Source: Octopus sinensis
Lineage: Eukaryota
DNA: 64,000 nt
Assembly (NCBI RefSeq): GCF_006345805.1
Contig: NC_043019.1
Span: 27,217,360-27,281,359 of the forward strand
Direction of reading: 5' to 3'
The notes under the pieces are model-generated. The model was given only the letters and a program-made list of their open reading frames with translations. It did not search any database and was not told the DNA's origin. Each line of letters starts with the position of its first letter. Positions within the stretch are counted from its first letter, which is position 1. A program made the translations under genes and the position numbers. Shown piece by piece: positions 1-11,959 of the stretch.

Positions 1-375
1 GCTTGCTTACCAACCACATGGTTCCAGGTTCAGTCCCACTGTGTGGCACCTTTGGCAAGTGTCTTCTACTATAGCCTCGGGCCGACCAAAGCCTTGTGAG
101 TGGATTTGGTAGATGGAAACTGAAAGAAGCCCATCGTATATATGTATATATATATATGTGTGTGTGTGTATGTTTGTGTGTCTGTGTTTGTCTCCCCAAC
201 ATCGCTTGACAACTGATGCTGGTGTGTTTACGTCCCCGTAACTTAGCGGTTCAGCAAAAGAGACTGATAGAATAAGTACTGGGCTTACAAAGAATAAGTC
301 CTGGGGTCGATTTGTTCAACTAAAGGCGGTGCTCCAGCATGGCCACAGTCAAATGACTGAAACAAGTAAAAGAGT
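1..375 (+). mobile_element. SINE family A (tRNA-derived), 5' end outside window
   Basis: B-box GGTTCAGTCCC; conserved body; internal (TA)(TG) microsatellite; AAGTAAAAGAG tail. Confidence 0.88.
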
Positions 376-650
376 ATTATTATTATTATCATTATTATTC
401 ACCTCATGCAACTATCAAAACAAACTGCTATTGCTGCCTTCTCACTTTTAATGACATTTATTTAACTTTCACACCACCTGTCCAACATGTGTGTAAATTA
501 AATAAAATTACACACACCTTTCTAAATCTATTCACCTTTGAAACTGTAAAATTGTCATAGGAATGTAGGAAAACTTGATTAAAATGTGTGTGTGTGTGTG
601 CGTATAAAATACATCTATGTATGTATATTTGTGTGTGACCTTCATCATCA

Positions 651-880
651 TCTTCATTAAACATCTGTTTTCCCTGCTGGCATGGTTTGGATGGTTTAAC
701 TGAAAACTGGTAAGCCAGGGAGCTGCACCAGGTTCCAGTCTGATTTGCTAAGGTTTCTATAGCTGGATGCCCTTCCTAACACCAAGCACTTCAAGAGTGC
801 AATGGGTGCTTTTTACATGCCAGTTATCCAGCACTGGCATCAGCCATGACTACAATCTCACTTGGCTTGATATATACATG
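651..880 (-). mobile_element. SINE-like family B ((GAT)n tail)
   Basis: Core GGTTGGCGTTAGGAAGGGCATCCAGC and (GAT)n tail on the - strand. Confidence 0.78.
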
Positions 881-929
881 TGTGTGTATATATATATATA
901 TATATATTTATATTTAGGTTATATGAGAT

Positions 930-1135
930 AATGGTGTCGATGAGACCCAAAAGTGTCAGGTAATGCTGAATAAGTGCTATAGACAGACCACTTTTCTGCT
1001 CACACCATCTCCGATGAAGGGATATTATTATTAATTAATATTCTAGATACAGCTGTAAGACCTTCTATCTATAAATGCTCTAATATCTATACAGCCTTGG
1101 GTTTTTTTATCTCATTACGCAAAAAATTCACATAT
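930..1135 (+). mobile_element. Probable Penelope-like terminal-repeat fragment
   Basis: Shares flanks with 34690-35006 and carries a hammerhead-like motif. PLE origin is inferred. Confidence 0.5.
1008..1060 (+). ncRNA. Hammerhead-like motif, CCGAUGA core variant, degenerate
   Basis: TCT CCGATGA AGGGATATT...AATATTCTA GATA CAGCT GTA AGA; palindromic ACAGCTGT; GAAA is altered to GATA. Confidence 0.4.
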
Positions 1136-1141
1136 ATATAT

Positions 1142-1183
<42 letters not shown>

Positions 1184-1185
<2 letters not shown>

Positions 1186-1579
1186 TCTCTTTACTCTCTT
1201 TTACTTGTTTCAGTCATTTGACTGCGGCCATGCTGGAGCACCGCCTTTAGTCGAGCAAATCAACCCGGGATTTATTCTTTGTAAGCCCAGTACTTATTCT
1301 ATCGGTCTCTTTTTTGCCGAACCGTTAAGTGACGGGGACGTAAACACATCAGCATCGGTTGTCAAGCAATGCTAGGGGGACAAACACAGACACACAAACA
1401 CACACATACATATATATATATATACATATATACGACAGGCTTCTTTCAGTTTCCGTCTACCAAGTCCACTCACAAGGCATTGGTCGGCCCGGGGCTATAG
1501 CAGAAGACACTTGCCCAAGATGCCACGCAGAGGGACTGAACCCGGAACCATGTTGTTGGTTAGCAAGCTACTTACCACA
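1184..1579 (-). mobile_element. SINE family A
   Basis: Reverse complement of family A. Confidence 0.88.
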
Positions 1580-1639
1580 TAAATAGATAGATCTAGGAGT
1601 AAATGTAAGAACAAACAAGTTAAGCAAGTAGATATACAT

Positions 1640-1878
1640 CACCATCATTTAACGTCCATTTTCCATGCTAGCATGGGTTGGACGGTTCAACCGGGTTCTG
1701 GGAAGCCAGGAGGCTGCATCAAGCTCCAGTCTGATCTGGCAGTGTTTCTACAGCTGGATGCCCTTCCTAACGCCAACCACTCCGTGAGTGTAGTGGGTGC
1801 TTTTTACGTGCCACCGGCACAGGGGCCAGAGGAGGCTGGCAAATGACCACGATTGGTTGGTGCTTTTTACGTGTCATT
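1640..1878 (-). mobile_element. SINE-like family B
   Basis: Family match. Confidence 0.82.
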
Positions 1879-2086
1879 AAATACATTTAATACAAATAAT
1901 GTACAGATGTACGGATATAAAAAAGTTCCGACTTACACAGAATATAAATGATGTCAGGAATTAAAGGGCATGAGTTTTATGAGTCCAACAGCTATTTCTG
2001 GGGACTTGAAGGTCTGGAATAATGATAGAAATGATAGTCAGACTTTTTTATATCCATACATATGTACATTTTTTGTATTAAATGTA

Positions 2087-2615
2087 CATGGTTATTCAAA
2101 AAGAATGAACTGATTTCATTACACAATCTTTTAATAAGGAAAAGCAAATAAAAACTCCAGTTAAGTCATAAGTATTTACTCACAATCAACTTTTATTTCC
2201 TGTATTATAAGTATACAATGTGGGTACCTTCAGTACAGGCAAATTCAAAGCGATAAGAGAATTCCTCTCAGACGCTCTTTGTGCTTGGCCTGAAAGATCC
2301 CCAGACCTCACCACATGTGATTTTTGCTTGTGGGGATATATAAAAGATCTCGTTTATGTTCCACCGCTACTCACTAACCTCAATGACCTTAAACATCAAA
2401 TAACAATAGCGATCAACACAGTGGATTGTGATATGTGATATGCTGTCTGGGATGAATTATCTGTGCTGCAAGTGGTGACCCCATTGAACACTTGTAGGAC
2501 AGGAAATAAAAGTTGATTGTGAGTAAATACTTGTGACTTAGCTGGAGTTTACTATTGAGTTTCCTTATTAAAATATTGCGTAATGAAATCTGTTCATTCT
2601 TTTTGAATAACCCTG
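2087..2615 (+). mobile_element. Internally deleted Tc1/mariner element with about 117-bp TIRs
   Basis: TIRs 2087-2203 and 2499-2615, TA on both sides. Internal transposase C-terminal remnant WPERSPDLTTCDFCLWGYIKDLVY. Confidence 0.88.
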
Positions 2616-2664
2616 TATTTAATTAGAAATAGTGCATTTCTAAATCTTTCAGAGAGATTTATAC

Positions 2665-3032
2665 AGTAGCAGCACGATAAAGTGATGGTTTGTTGCCAAC
2701 TTAATGTGGCATTCCCAGGAAAGGGAAGAATACTACTGTTATTTAGCTCCGGGAAACATTATTTCCAGTTGGCTATGTGACACAAGCGTTCTGTGTCCTT
2801 CGCATTGTTTTAGACTTCAAATGATGCCACCCCACTGGCTAAGCGAGCAGGCCAACAGAAGGAAGATTAAGAGAAAGTTGTGGTGAAAGAGTACAGCAAG
2901 GATCGCCACCACCCCCTGCCGGAGCCTCATGGAGCTTCAGGTGTTTTCGCTCAATAAACACTCGGTCTGGGAATCGAAACCGTGATCCTATGATCGTGAG
3001 TCTGCTGCCCTAACCACTGGGCCATTGTGCCT
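2665..3032 (-). mobile_element. SINE family E (tRNA-derived)
   Basis: Reverse complement of 42014-42315. Confidence 0.82.
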
Positions 3033-3182
3033 GCACACAAATACTATAAATATATATATGTATATATCGGAGTAATATTTTTCTCGATTGGGCAATCTAC
3101 TAGCACAAATCAATGTGTTGACTGAATTCTATATAATGCTATATGCTTTATCAGTTGATTCAGAGTTGCCTCTCTTAGATAC

Positions 3183-3229
3183 ATCTCATTGACAAGAGTC
3201 AATAAACTCAAAACATCGATGTCTCAGAT
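3183..3229 (+). ncRNA. Decayed hammerhead motif
   Basis: ATCTCA TTGACAA GAGT CAATAA ACTC AAAA CATCGAT GTC TCAGAT. Stems II and III are intact; the core differs from CTGACGA and CGAAA. Confidence 0.45.
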
Positions 3230-3374
3230 TCCTGAGAGAGGACGACACTGAATGAATTGGGTGTTTTCACACCTTTTTACCATAAGAGAGATTTTTTTTC
3301 TCCATGGTAACTGCAGTGTATTTCTCTTTAACAGTTGAAATATGTGACAAACATATTTCAACTAACCTAAATTG

Positions 3375-3424
<50 letters not shown>

Positions 3425-3830
3425 GGTGCAGGAGTGGTTGTGTGGTAGATAGCTCACTTACCAACCACATGGTTCCAGGTTCAGTCCCACTGTGTGGCAC
3501 CTTGGGCAAGTGTCTTCTACTATAGCTCAGGCCGACCAAAGCCTTGTTAGTGGATTTGGTAGATGGAAACTGAAAGAAGCCTGTCGTATATATACATATA
3601 TGTGTGTGTGTGTATGTTTGTGTGTCTGGGGCCTCCCCTCAACCATCACTTGACAACTGATGTTGGTGTGTTTACGTCTCCGTAACTTAGTGGTTCGGCA
3701 AAAGAGACTGATAGAATAAGTACTAGGCTTACAAAAAATAATTCCTGGAATCGATTTGTTCGATTAAAGGCGGTGCTCCAGCATGGCCACAGTCAAATGA
3801 TTGAAACAAATAAAAGAATAAAAAAAGAAT
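3425..3830 (+). mobile_element. SINE family A, full length
   Basis: A box TGGTTGTGTGG, B box, body and tail. Confidence 0.88.
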
Positions 3831-4429
3831 ATATACACACATACACACACATATATATATATATGTGTGTGTATGTATATATACACACACACACATGCAT
3901 AAATATTAGTAACAACAACAATAATGATAAGGATTCTTTCTACTAAAGGCACAAGGCCTGAAATTTGTGGGAAAGGTAACTAGTTGAGCACATCGACACC
4001 GGTACAAAACTGGTACTTAATTTATCAACCCCAAAAGGATGAAAGTCAAAGTCGAGCTCAGAACATAAAGATGAACGAAATACCACTAAACATTTTGTCC
4101 AGTGTCCGAACTATTCTGCGAGCTTGCTACTTTCAATCATCATCAACATCATCATCACACATCCGCCTTCTATGCTGGCATGAGTGGCATGGTTTGACAG
4201 GAGCCGGCTTGGCATAACCCTGCACCAGACTTCTGTGACTGTTTTGGCAGGATTTTTACAGCTGGACGCCCTTCCTAACACCAACCACTCAGCAGAGTGG
4301 ACTTAGTGCTTTTTACGAGGCACAAGCACAGCCGAGGTCATTTTTGGCAGGATTTTTACAGCTGGATGCCCTTCCTAACACCAACCAATAATGATGATGA
4401 TGATGATGATGATAGATAAGAAGTGAATC

Positions 4430-5135
4430 AAAGAAGGGAGGGGTCAAGAAAAACTGAATGCTGAACTACCTGACCAGCTGCATGCATTTCTCCCATCACA
4501 AGCAGAAGAGCAGGTGTTCCAATTTGGTCCAGACAAGACACCATAGTCTGGCAGTAAAGTATAATGTATGTGTTAGCTATGTTTGCTCAACCTTTCAGTG
4601 ATAGCTTCCTCTCAGTGCATTTCGTAAGGTTGGCCACCCTGTTCATAATCTTATCCCAGTTTTTGCCACCTAGATGTTCTGACCAAAAGCAACCCCGAGG
4701 TTCATAACGTTGTTGCTTAGCATGGACTTACCTCTCTAGGTATTTAGTTTGAAAACAATTGATTGCTCCAGGCTAATCTTTGCCCCTATCGCTGCCTCAT
4801 ATTCCACTAGAACAGCACATCTTCCATGGTATCCAACATCATTACAATGACGTTCTCCACATATATATTTCTTTACTACCCACAAGGGGCTAAACACTGA
4901 GGGGACAAACAAGGACAGACAAAGGGATTAAGTCAATTACATCGAACCCAGTGCGTAACTGGTACTTAATTAATTAACCCCAAAAGGATGAAAGGCAAAG
5001 TCGACCTCGATGGAATTTGAACTCGGAACATATTGACAAGACGAAATACGGCTACGCATTTCACCCGGCGTGCTAACATTTCTGCCAGCTCGCCGCCTTG
5101 ACATTCTCCACCTATACTTACACAGTTCTTCTGTG
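4430..5135 (-). mobile_element. Tx1/L1-clade LINE relic (RT C-terminal part), split by a SINE
   Basis: Hand translation: EYEAAIGAKISLEQS...LGVAFGQNI...NWDKIMNRVANLTKCTERKLSLKG*AN, with stops and frameshifts. Confidence 0.7.
4861..5098 (-). mobile_element. SINE family C (tRNA-derived, CORE-like) with 13-bp TSD
   Basis: TSD TGACGTTCTCCAC (4848-60) / TGACATTCTCCAC (5099-5111). Confidence 0.88.
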
Positions 5136-5145
5136 TTCTAATTTA

Positions 5146-5760
5146 TAATAATAATAATAATAATGAGATTATTGTATACAGTGCTCAGGAAGCATGGAAG
5201 TTTTGAAGGATGCAGTGCTCCGACAACTAACAACCGATGCTGGCAGTTTGTTCCATGCTTCAGCAACTCTCAGCGTGAAAAAATGTTTCCTGAAGTCATG
5301 GGAGCTGTGCTGTTTTCTTACTTTGTAAATATGTCCACGGGTGTTAGATGGGTGGAGTTTGAAAAGGTGCTCAGAGTTATTGTTTGTACGATGGTTGATA
5401 ATTTTATGGGTGTCTACCAAGTCAGCTGCCAGATGTCGGAGTTTCAACGTGTCCATGCCCAGGGAAGTAAGGCGTTCAGGATATGGCAAATGCCTGATGG
5501 AGGGTATTCTTTTGGTTGCACGTCGCTGAACAGCTTCCAGACGATTGATATCCTGGGCAAGATAGGGGTTCCAGACCGGTGATGCAAATTCCAGGTGAGG
5601 TCTTACCATAGCTATATAAAGCCGCAGATAGATAGCCGGAGAGCGGCTCACAAAGGATTTGGTGAGTGATGCCAAGACACCCTCAGCCTTCTTGAATGTA
5701 ATTCCTCCCAGCCCCTCCAGTTTCCACTGAAGTGGCTTGGGAGACAGGAGGAGTAATAAA
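5146..5760 (-). mobile_element. CR1/L2-group LINE 3' fragment
   Basis: ORF 5169-5675: LYIAMVRPHLEFASPVWNP...LEAVQRRATK...YPERL...TRGH...FFTLRVAEAWNKLP, followed by a (TTA/ATT)n tail. Confidence 0.92.
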
Positions 5761-6149
5761 GGGATGGCCCAATCACACGAGTTAAGTGGTTAAAACCACT
5801 AAATAGATACTACTGTACATTGAAACAATCCAGCCTCTAAAAACCAAACCCAAACAAACAGCATTCCACTGAAGGTTATCTTTCATTCCATCAAATTAGC
5901 CAGTCTTTAAAAATGTGTTTGGCACCATCTGTTCAAATATAACATTCCAGTCTTATACTTTAACTGATGAACTGACAGTATCAAGGCCAGGCTTTTTTTT
6001 TTTTTTTACTACTTCTTACTGTTTCTTCTTTGTCCTTCATCGGATGACCTCTGTTTCAAATTATAAAATGTTTCCTGACTTTGTCCAGAAATGGCTTGTT
6101 GAAAACATCATCAAAAGTCTGAAGAACTTTTAAGAAACCTCTTGGCATT

Positions 6150-6844
6150 ATAGCTGGACTAACCCTTTCATATCCCATCAAACAGATAACAACGCCTTAC
6201 ATGAGTGAAGACCTTCTTTACCCTGGGGTGCCGGTGTTTCTCCTTTCCCTTCCCACTTGTCTTTGGCACTTGACATTTTTATAAAGAACCCATTTCTCAT
6301 CAAAAGTCACTATCAATATCCCAAAAAAGGTTCATTTGTGAGACATGTGAGCAAAGAAGAACACACATTCACTCTCTGCACATGATTAGACTCGGAAACT
6401 TTCGTGAGGAACCCATTTACCCAATTTGCTGACTTTTCTGAAGGCACAGAGGTGTCAATGAATGGTTGAATGACCAAATCCAAGCTTCTCTGCTACTTCC
6501 TCAACAGTTACAATGGGATTTTGTTCCACCAAGGTTTGTAGGACATCTTCATCGAGCTCTGCAGATCTTCCAGGATGAGGCTTATCTTCTAGGCTGTAGT
6601 TTCTGGCTCAGAATTTCAAGAACAACCATTGATGCTGGCTTCCATATACTGCATTAATATTTCTTGCACTTTCCATTATTGAACTCATAAAGCAAAATAT
6701 GCTGAATATGCACCTTTGTCACTTCCATTATAGCTTTGCAAAAATAACTGTTAAAATCGAACTGCACTCTTCAAAACTTGCACTAAGAATAAGTACAAAG
6801 TAAAATTACTATGTAAAAGCTACAATATTTATGGGATAACCCTA
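6150..6844 (-). mobile_element. Mariner transposon, 3'-truncated degenerate copy
   Basis: TIR (rc TAGGGTTATCCCATAAAT) next to TA. Closely matches the 5' half of 45677-47146 (ATGGAAGTGACAAAG...TATGAGTTCAATAA). Confidence 0.82.
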
Positions 6845-6855
6845 TATATATATAT

Positions 6856-6888
<33 letters not shown>

Positions 6889-7310
6889 ATATGTATATAT
6901 TAAATTAATAGAATGCTGCAGTTTTCTGTGATATTACTCGTAGCATACATGTGGGTATAGAGTTTGAATAGTGTATTCACATTCGACTCTGTAAATTTTG
7001 GAAGTGTTGGTTGGATATCTGTTACATGATGACACTTGATTGTGTGCATATTCAGCCATAGCACTTTCAAATTTTATAAAAATTGGAAATATTATACTGA
7101 AAAGATAAGTAAGTAAAATTTAAATTACTTTAATCTTGAAACGCGTATATAATTAATCCTGGTCGTGTTGATTCATTGTTTTTCTCTTTGCCTTCGTAAA
7201 AAAGTATGTTTACCATCATGGAGATTGTTATAGTAGCAGAAAGGGAATTTTTAACTCCCATTTCTAATTTCGGAATGTGGTGAAGCAGTTAGCTGAACCC
7301 TAATTATAAT

Positions 7311-7343
<33 letters not shown>

Positions 7344-7397
7344 TATATATAATATATATATATATATAATCAAAATAAGCAACAAGAATGACTGGGT

Positions 7398-7488
7398 AAT
7401 TTGGTACGATCATTTCGTACTACATCATTTTATTAAATGTTGTAGGTATTACAACAGTTTTAAAATGCTGAGCACTCATCAGCCAATT
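7398..7488 (-). ncRNA. Type I hammerhead ribozyme motif (left arm of palindrome)
   Basis: Reverse-complement copy of 7562-7652: CTGATGA (rc 7476-82), GAAA (rc 7413-16), stem III ATGATCGT with one U-G pair, GTA (rc 7405-07). Confidence 0.68.
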
Positions 7489-7561
7489 ATAGAGGTTTTC
7501 CATTAATACAAAAATTTTGCCACTTGATATGAAAATTTTTGTATTAATGGAAAACCTCTAT

Positions 7562-7652
7562 AATTGGCTGATGAGTGCTCAGCATTTTAAAACTGTTGTA
7601 ATACTTACAACATTTAATAAAATGATGTAGAACGAAACGATCGTACCAAATT
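7562..7652 (+). ncRNA. Type I hammerhead ribozyme motif (right arm of palindrome)
   Basis: AATTGG / CCAAATT stem I; CTGATGA 7568-74; imperfect long stem II with TGTTGTA/TACAACA; GAAA 7634-37; palindromic stem III ACGATCGT; GTA triplet 7643-45. Confidence 0.72.
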
Positions 7653-7794
7653 ACCGGAATCATTCTTGTTGCTTATTTTGATTATAATCACCCCACGGTT
7701 TTTTATGGATAACACCATACAGAATTCTGGTGCATCTAAATTAAGTACCATATTCATTTGAATCTAAATTTTTGATGAACTTATATATATATAT

Positions 7795-7978
7795 AAGTGT
7801 CTACTAGAGTTTCGGGCCGACCAAAGCCTCGAGAGTGGATTTGGCAGAGAGAAACTGTAAGAAGCCTGTTGTGTGAGACTCTAGTAGACACTTGCTCAAA
7901 GTGCCATGCAATGGGACTAAACCCGGAACCATGTGGTTAGGAAGTAAGCTTCTTTTCACACAGTCACTCCTGTGCCTA
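7795..7978. mobile_element. SINE family A, rearranged fragment
   Basis: A + strand body piece abuts a - strand head. Confidence 0.7.
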
Positions 7979-8270
7979 CGTATTATGCACATAATCATAT
8001 CATCATGGAAACCGGATGTTAAATTATGATGATCTGCAATATTTAACCCATATATATTGCTGGTTTCTACTTGTTTAGACATGAACTCACCAGGAAGCAC
8101 CTAGCCGAGCATACGAAATGTTCAGTAGGGAGTCGACACCTGTACCTAACAGTTGCATAATGTCCTTCTCTTCCAGATTGTGAATGCTTATACCATAATG
8201 TTTAATTTATATACATTGAAATTTTAAGACTTCATTTTCTTTTATGGGCATATATGAATTAAATTATATA

Positions 8271-8695
8271 GGCGTAGGAGTGGCTGCGTGGTAAGTAGCT
8301 TGCTTACAAACCACATGGTTCCAGGTTCAGTCCCACTGTGTGGCACCTTGGGCAAGTGTCTTCTACTATAGCCTCGGGCCAACCAAAGTCTTGTGAGTAG
8401 ATTTGGTAGACGGAAACTGAAAGAAGCCCATTGTGTATATGTGTATATATGTGTATATATATATATGTGTGTGTGTGTGAGTATATATAATGTGTGTGTG
8501 TGCTTGTCTCCCCAACATAGCTTGACAACCGATGGTGGTGTGTTTACCTCCCCGTAACTTAGCAGTTCAGCAAAAGAGTCTGATAGAATAAGTACTAGGC
8601 TTACAAAAAATAAGTCCTGGGGTCGATTTGTTCGACTAAAGGCGGTGCTCCAGCATGGCCACTGAAACAAGTAAAAGACTGAAACAAGTAAAAGA
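8271..8695 (+). mobile_element. SINE family A
   Basis: Full-length family match. Confidence 0.88.
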
Positions 8696-8951
8696 AAGTA
8701 TTTTGCACTTGTTGTTTTGTCATGCACATGAATCTGCAGTTCATGGAAAGATGGTTTTGTATGAAACCAATTCTTGGTGTAAAAACCGTTGGGCACAGCT
8801 ACACAGGAGTGTTAAACCACAGATAGGCAGCATACAAATAGAATTAACAATTGTCCTTGACTTTATTCATTACATTATTACACAGCCACAATAAAGTGTA
8901 TACATCGGTCATGAGATTTCTCATTTCCTTTTTCACAAGGCTTTTGTGGTG

Positions 8952-9545
8952 TATCATCATCATTTAATGTCCATTTTCAATATTGACATGGGTTGGACAG
9001 TTTGACTGAAAACTGGTAAGCCGGGAAGCTGAACTTGGTCCCAATCTGATTTGGCATGGTTTTTACAGCTGGATGCCCTTCCTAATGCCAACTCAGAGCA
9101 TCGGCTGCGGGGTCACTCCAAAAAGCTCTATTTGCGACGATTTCATCTCAATCGAAGGAGAGGGGCTTTCTCCGTCTGGGTTGCGGATCTGTGGAATAAG
9201 CTGCTGAACAAGATGGTGAAGATGCCAACGGCCACACGGTTCAAAGTATCTCTTGACCAGAAATGGCCTGAACTCTTTGCATGAACACCCTCCCTGTACA
9301 TAACTCCATGTCCCCCTACATGGCCTTGCCCTTTGCTTTTTGAGCCAAAAAATTAACTTTAACTCCAAGTGCAGTAGGTGCTTTTTACATGCCACCGGCA
9401 TGGGTGCCTTTTATGTTAACATCGGCATCGGGCACAACTAGGGTTTCACTTAGCTGGACAGGTCTTCTCAAGCACAGTATATCACCAAGGGTCTCGGTCA
9501 CTTGTCATTACCTTCATGATGCTCAGCGTTCAAAGGATGCTTTTT
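8952..9545 (-). mobile_element. SINE-like family B split by a CR1 fragment
   Basis: Family match on both sides of 9097-9364. Confidence 0.75.
9097..9364 (+). mobile_element. CR1-like LINE 3' end inserted in a SINE B copy
   Basis: RLRGHSKKL...FSVWVADLWNKL...FKVSLD, 3' UTR and TAACTT tail; SINE B sequence continues on both sides. Confidence 0.78.
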
Positions 9546-9641
9546 ACATACCACCTCCACAAAAAGTATTGAGTGACCCTTCAGTTTAATGTAACATCAG
9601 TTTTATTATAACTCAACAAAGAAACAAACATATACATACAT

Positions 9642-9855
9642 ATTCTTTTATTCTTTTACTTGTTTCAGTCATCTGACTGCGACCATGCTGGAGCACCACA
9701 TTTAGTCGAGCAAACCAGCCCCAGAGCTTATTCTTTGTAAGCCTGGTACTTACTCCATCGGTTTCTTTTGACAAACCACTAAGTTACTGGGACGTAAACA
9801 CACCAGCATCAATTGTCAGGTGATGTTGTGGGGAAAAATACAGATACACCAGCAT

Positions 9856-9921
<66 letters not shown>

Positions 9922-10070
9922 GCTGGGTTTTTCCAGTTTCCATCTACCAAATCCACTCTTATGGCTTTGGTCGGCCCAAGGCTATAGTAGAAAACACTTG
10001 CCCAAGGTGCCACGCAGTGGGACTGAACCCAGTACCATGTGGTTGGTAAGCAAGCTACTTACCACACAGC
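9642..10070 (-). mobile_element. SINE family A
   Basis: Family match. Confidence 0.88.
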
Positions 10071-10223
10071 CATATCATCATCATCATTTAGCGTCCGTTT
10101 TCCATGCTAGCATGGGTTGGACGAACGGGAAGGTTTACGAAAATAAACAAAAGACGAAGGCAGGTGGAGTACAAACAAACAATTGTATTAGTATGGCGCT
10201 CAGGAATAGAAATAAAACAAGTA

Positions 10224-10258
10224 TTTTACGCTTCGAGCCTACGCTCTTCAACAGAAAG
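10224..10258 (-). ncRNA. Minimal hammerhead-like motif, CUGUUGA core variant, degenerate
   Basis: - strand: CTTT CTGTTGA A GAGC GTAG GCTC GAAG CGTA AAA; GAAA is altered to GAAG. Confidence 0.4.
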
Positions 10259-10489
10259 ATACACAGAAAAGAAACAAGGAGAAAAAAAATGCGTGCAGGA
10301 GCTAACATACACATACATATATATACACACACATATATATATATATACATACATATGTACACATACACACATACATTTGTATGTATTATTACAAATTTAT
10401 ATTAAACTGAAGAATTATCAATACATTTGTAGAGTACTTGTTATTCTTTAACATTGTGTGTGTGTGTGTGTATATATATATATGTGTGT

Positions 10490-10684
10490 GTGTCCAACAT
10501 CACTTTACAACCGATGCTGGTGTGTATACTTCCCCATACCTTAGCAGTTTGGCAAGAGAGACCGATAGAATAAGTACTAGGCTTACAAAGAATAAGTCCT
10601 GGGGTCGATTTGCTCAATCGACTAAAGGTGGTGCTCCAGCATGGCCACAGTCAAATGACTGAAACAAGTAAAAGAATAAAAGAA
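10490..10684 (+). mobile_element. SINE family A, 3' half
   Basis: Family match. Confidence 0.8.
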
Positions 10685-10959
10685 TATATATAGATCTGCA
10701 TAAAAATACATACAAATATAATTAATGTGGGATACATATGGAAGGAAGTGTGAGAAAAAGAAAACTGATAAAAAGTTTTCTGTACTAAAATTAGGAGAGG
10801 TTAAGAGCTTCAATTAAAAGATCCATAAAATTCGATGTGTATTTTAAGAATATATAAATTGTATACAAGATATATAATACAGTTTCTACAGCCATTTCCA
10901 GAGTTCATGTCCTGGGTTTTATTTACATGTACTTTTATGTATATTTACATTTATGTATA

Positions 10960-11175
10960 CTCTTTTATTCTTTTACTTGTTTCAGTCATTTGACTGCGGC
11001 CATGCTGGAGCACCGCCTTTTAATCGAGCAAATCGACCCCGGTACTTATTCTTTGTAAGCCCAGTACTTATTCTATCGGTCTCTTTTGCCGAACCGCTAA
11101 GTGACGGGGACGTAAACACACCAGCATCGGTTGTCAAGCAATGCTAGAGGGACAAACACAAACACACAAACATAT

Positions 11176-11238
<63 letters not shown>

Positions 11239-11362
11239 TACGACAGGCTTCTTTCAGTTTCCGTCTACCAAATCCACTCACAATTCCACTTTAAATTCGA
11301 TTAAAGGCGGTGCTCCAGCATGGCCGCAGTCAAATGACTGAAACAAGTAAAAGAGAAAGAGA
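10960..11362 (-). mobile_element. SINE family A with an inverted extra 3' tail
   Basis: - strand copy 10960-11285; + strand tail piece about 11296-11362. Confidence 0.82.
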
Positions 11363-11959
11363 ATACACACACACCCACACATATATATTTATATAGGCTG
11401 AGCAGACTTAAATGTTGAAGTCTCTGTCAAGAGTACTCTTAGGGAAGAAGAAATTTGTAATCTCCAGAAAGTATTGTGTAATCCTTCAGTTTAATGTAAA
11501 ATTGTTTTTATTATAACTTGACATAAAAACAAACATTGTGTAAATGTGTGTGTGTGTGTGTATGTGTGTAATACAATTGTAAATCTGTAACAAATGGTGT
11601 GTTCAAAAGCAAAAAAAACCGACAAAGGTCAAAAGGACAGTAGATATACATGGTGAATCTGTTAGTTTGGCGCTCAGCGAAAGGTTTAGAGAAGAAATTA
11701 AAAGCATAATATGACATTTTTGAGCTTTGCTCTTTGTTGGATAGTGTGAGAAAGTTCAGAGAAGAGGAGAAAGAGGAAGGAATGAACAGTGAGGAGAAAA
11801 GCACATGGTTTTTCAGTGGCAGATGTGTGCATAATTGGCCTGTGTGAATTTGTGTATACGTGTATGTATGCATGTGATTGTTAGGGTTGTGAGTAGTGCA
11901 TTTGTATGAGAGGGAGTGCTATGTTGTGGTGGTTGTGTGTGTGTATGAACATCGAAATA

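Larger units (their letters stand above)
7365..7686. repeat. About 320-bp near-perfect palindrome (probable inverted Penelope-like termini)
   Basis: Arms 7365-7518 and 7532-7686 are reverse complements with only a few mismatches; 13-nt spacer GCCACTTGATATG. Confidence 0.92.

Noticed and set aside
11626-11639. Nuclear-receptor DR2-like site AGGTCA-AA-AGGACA
   Set aside because: Single short motif with no independent support.
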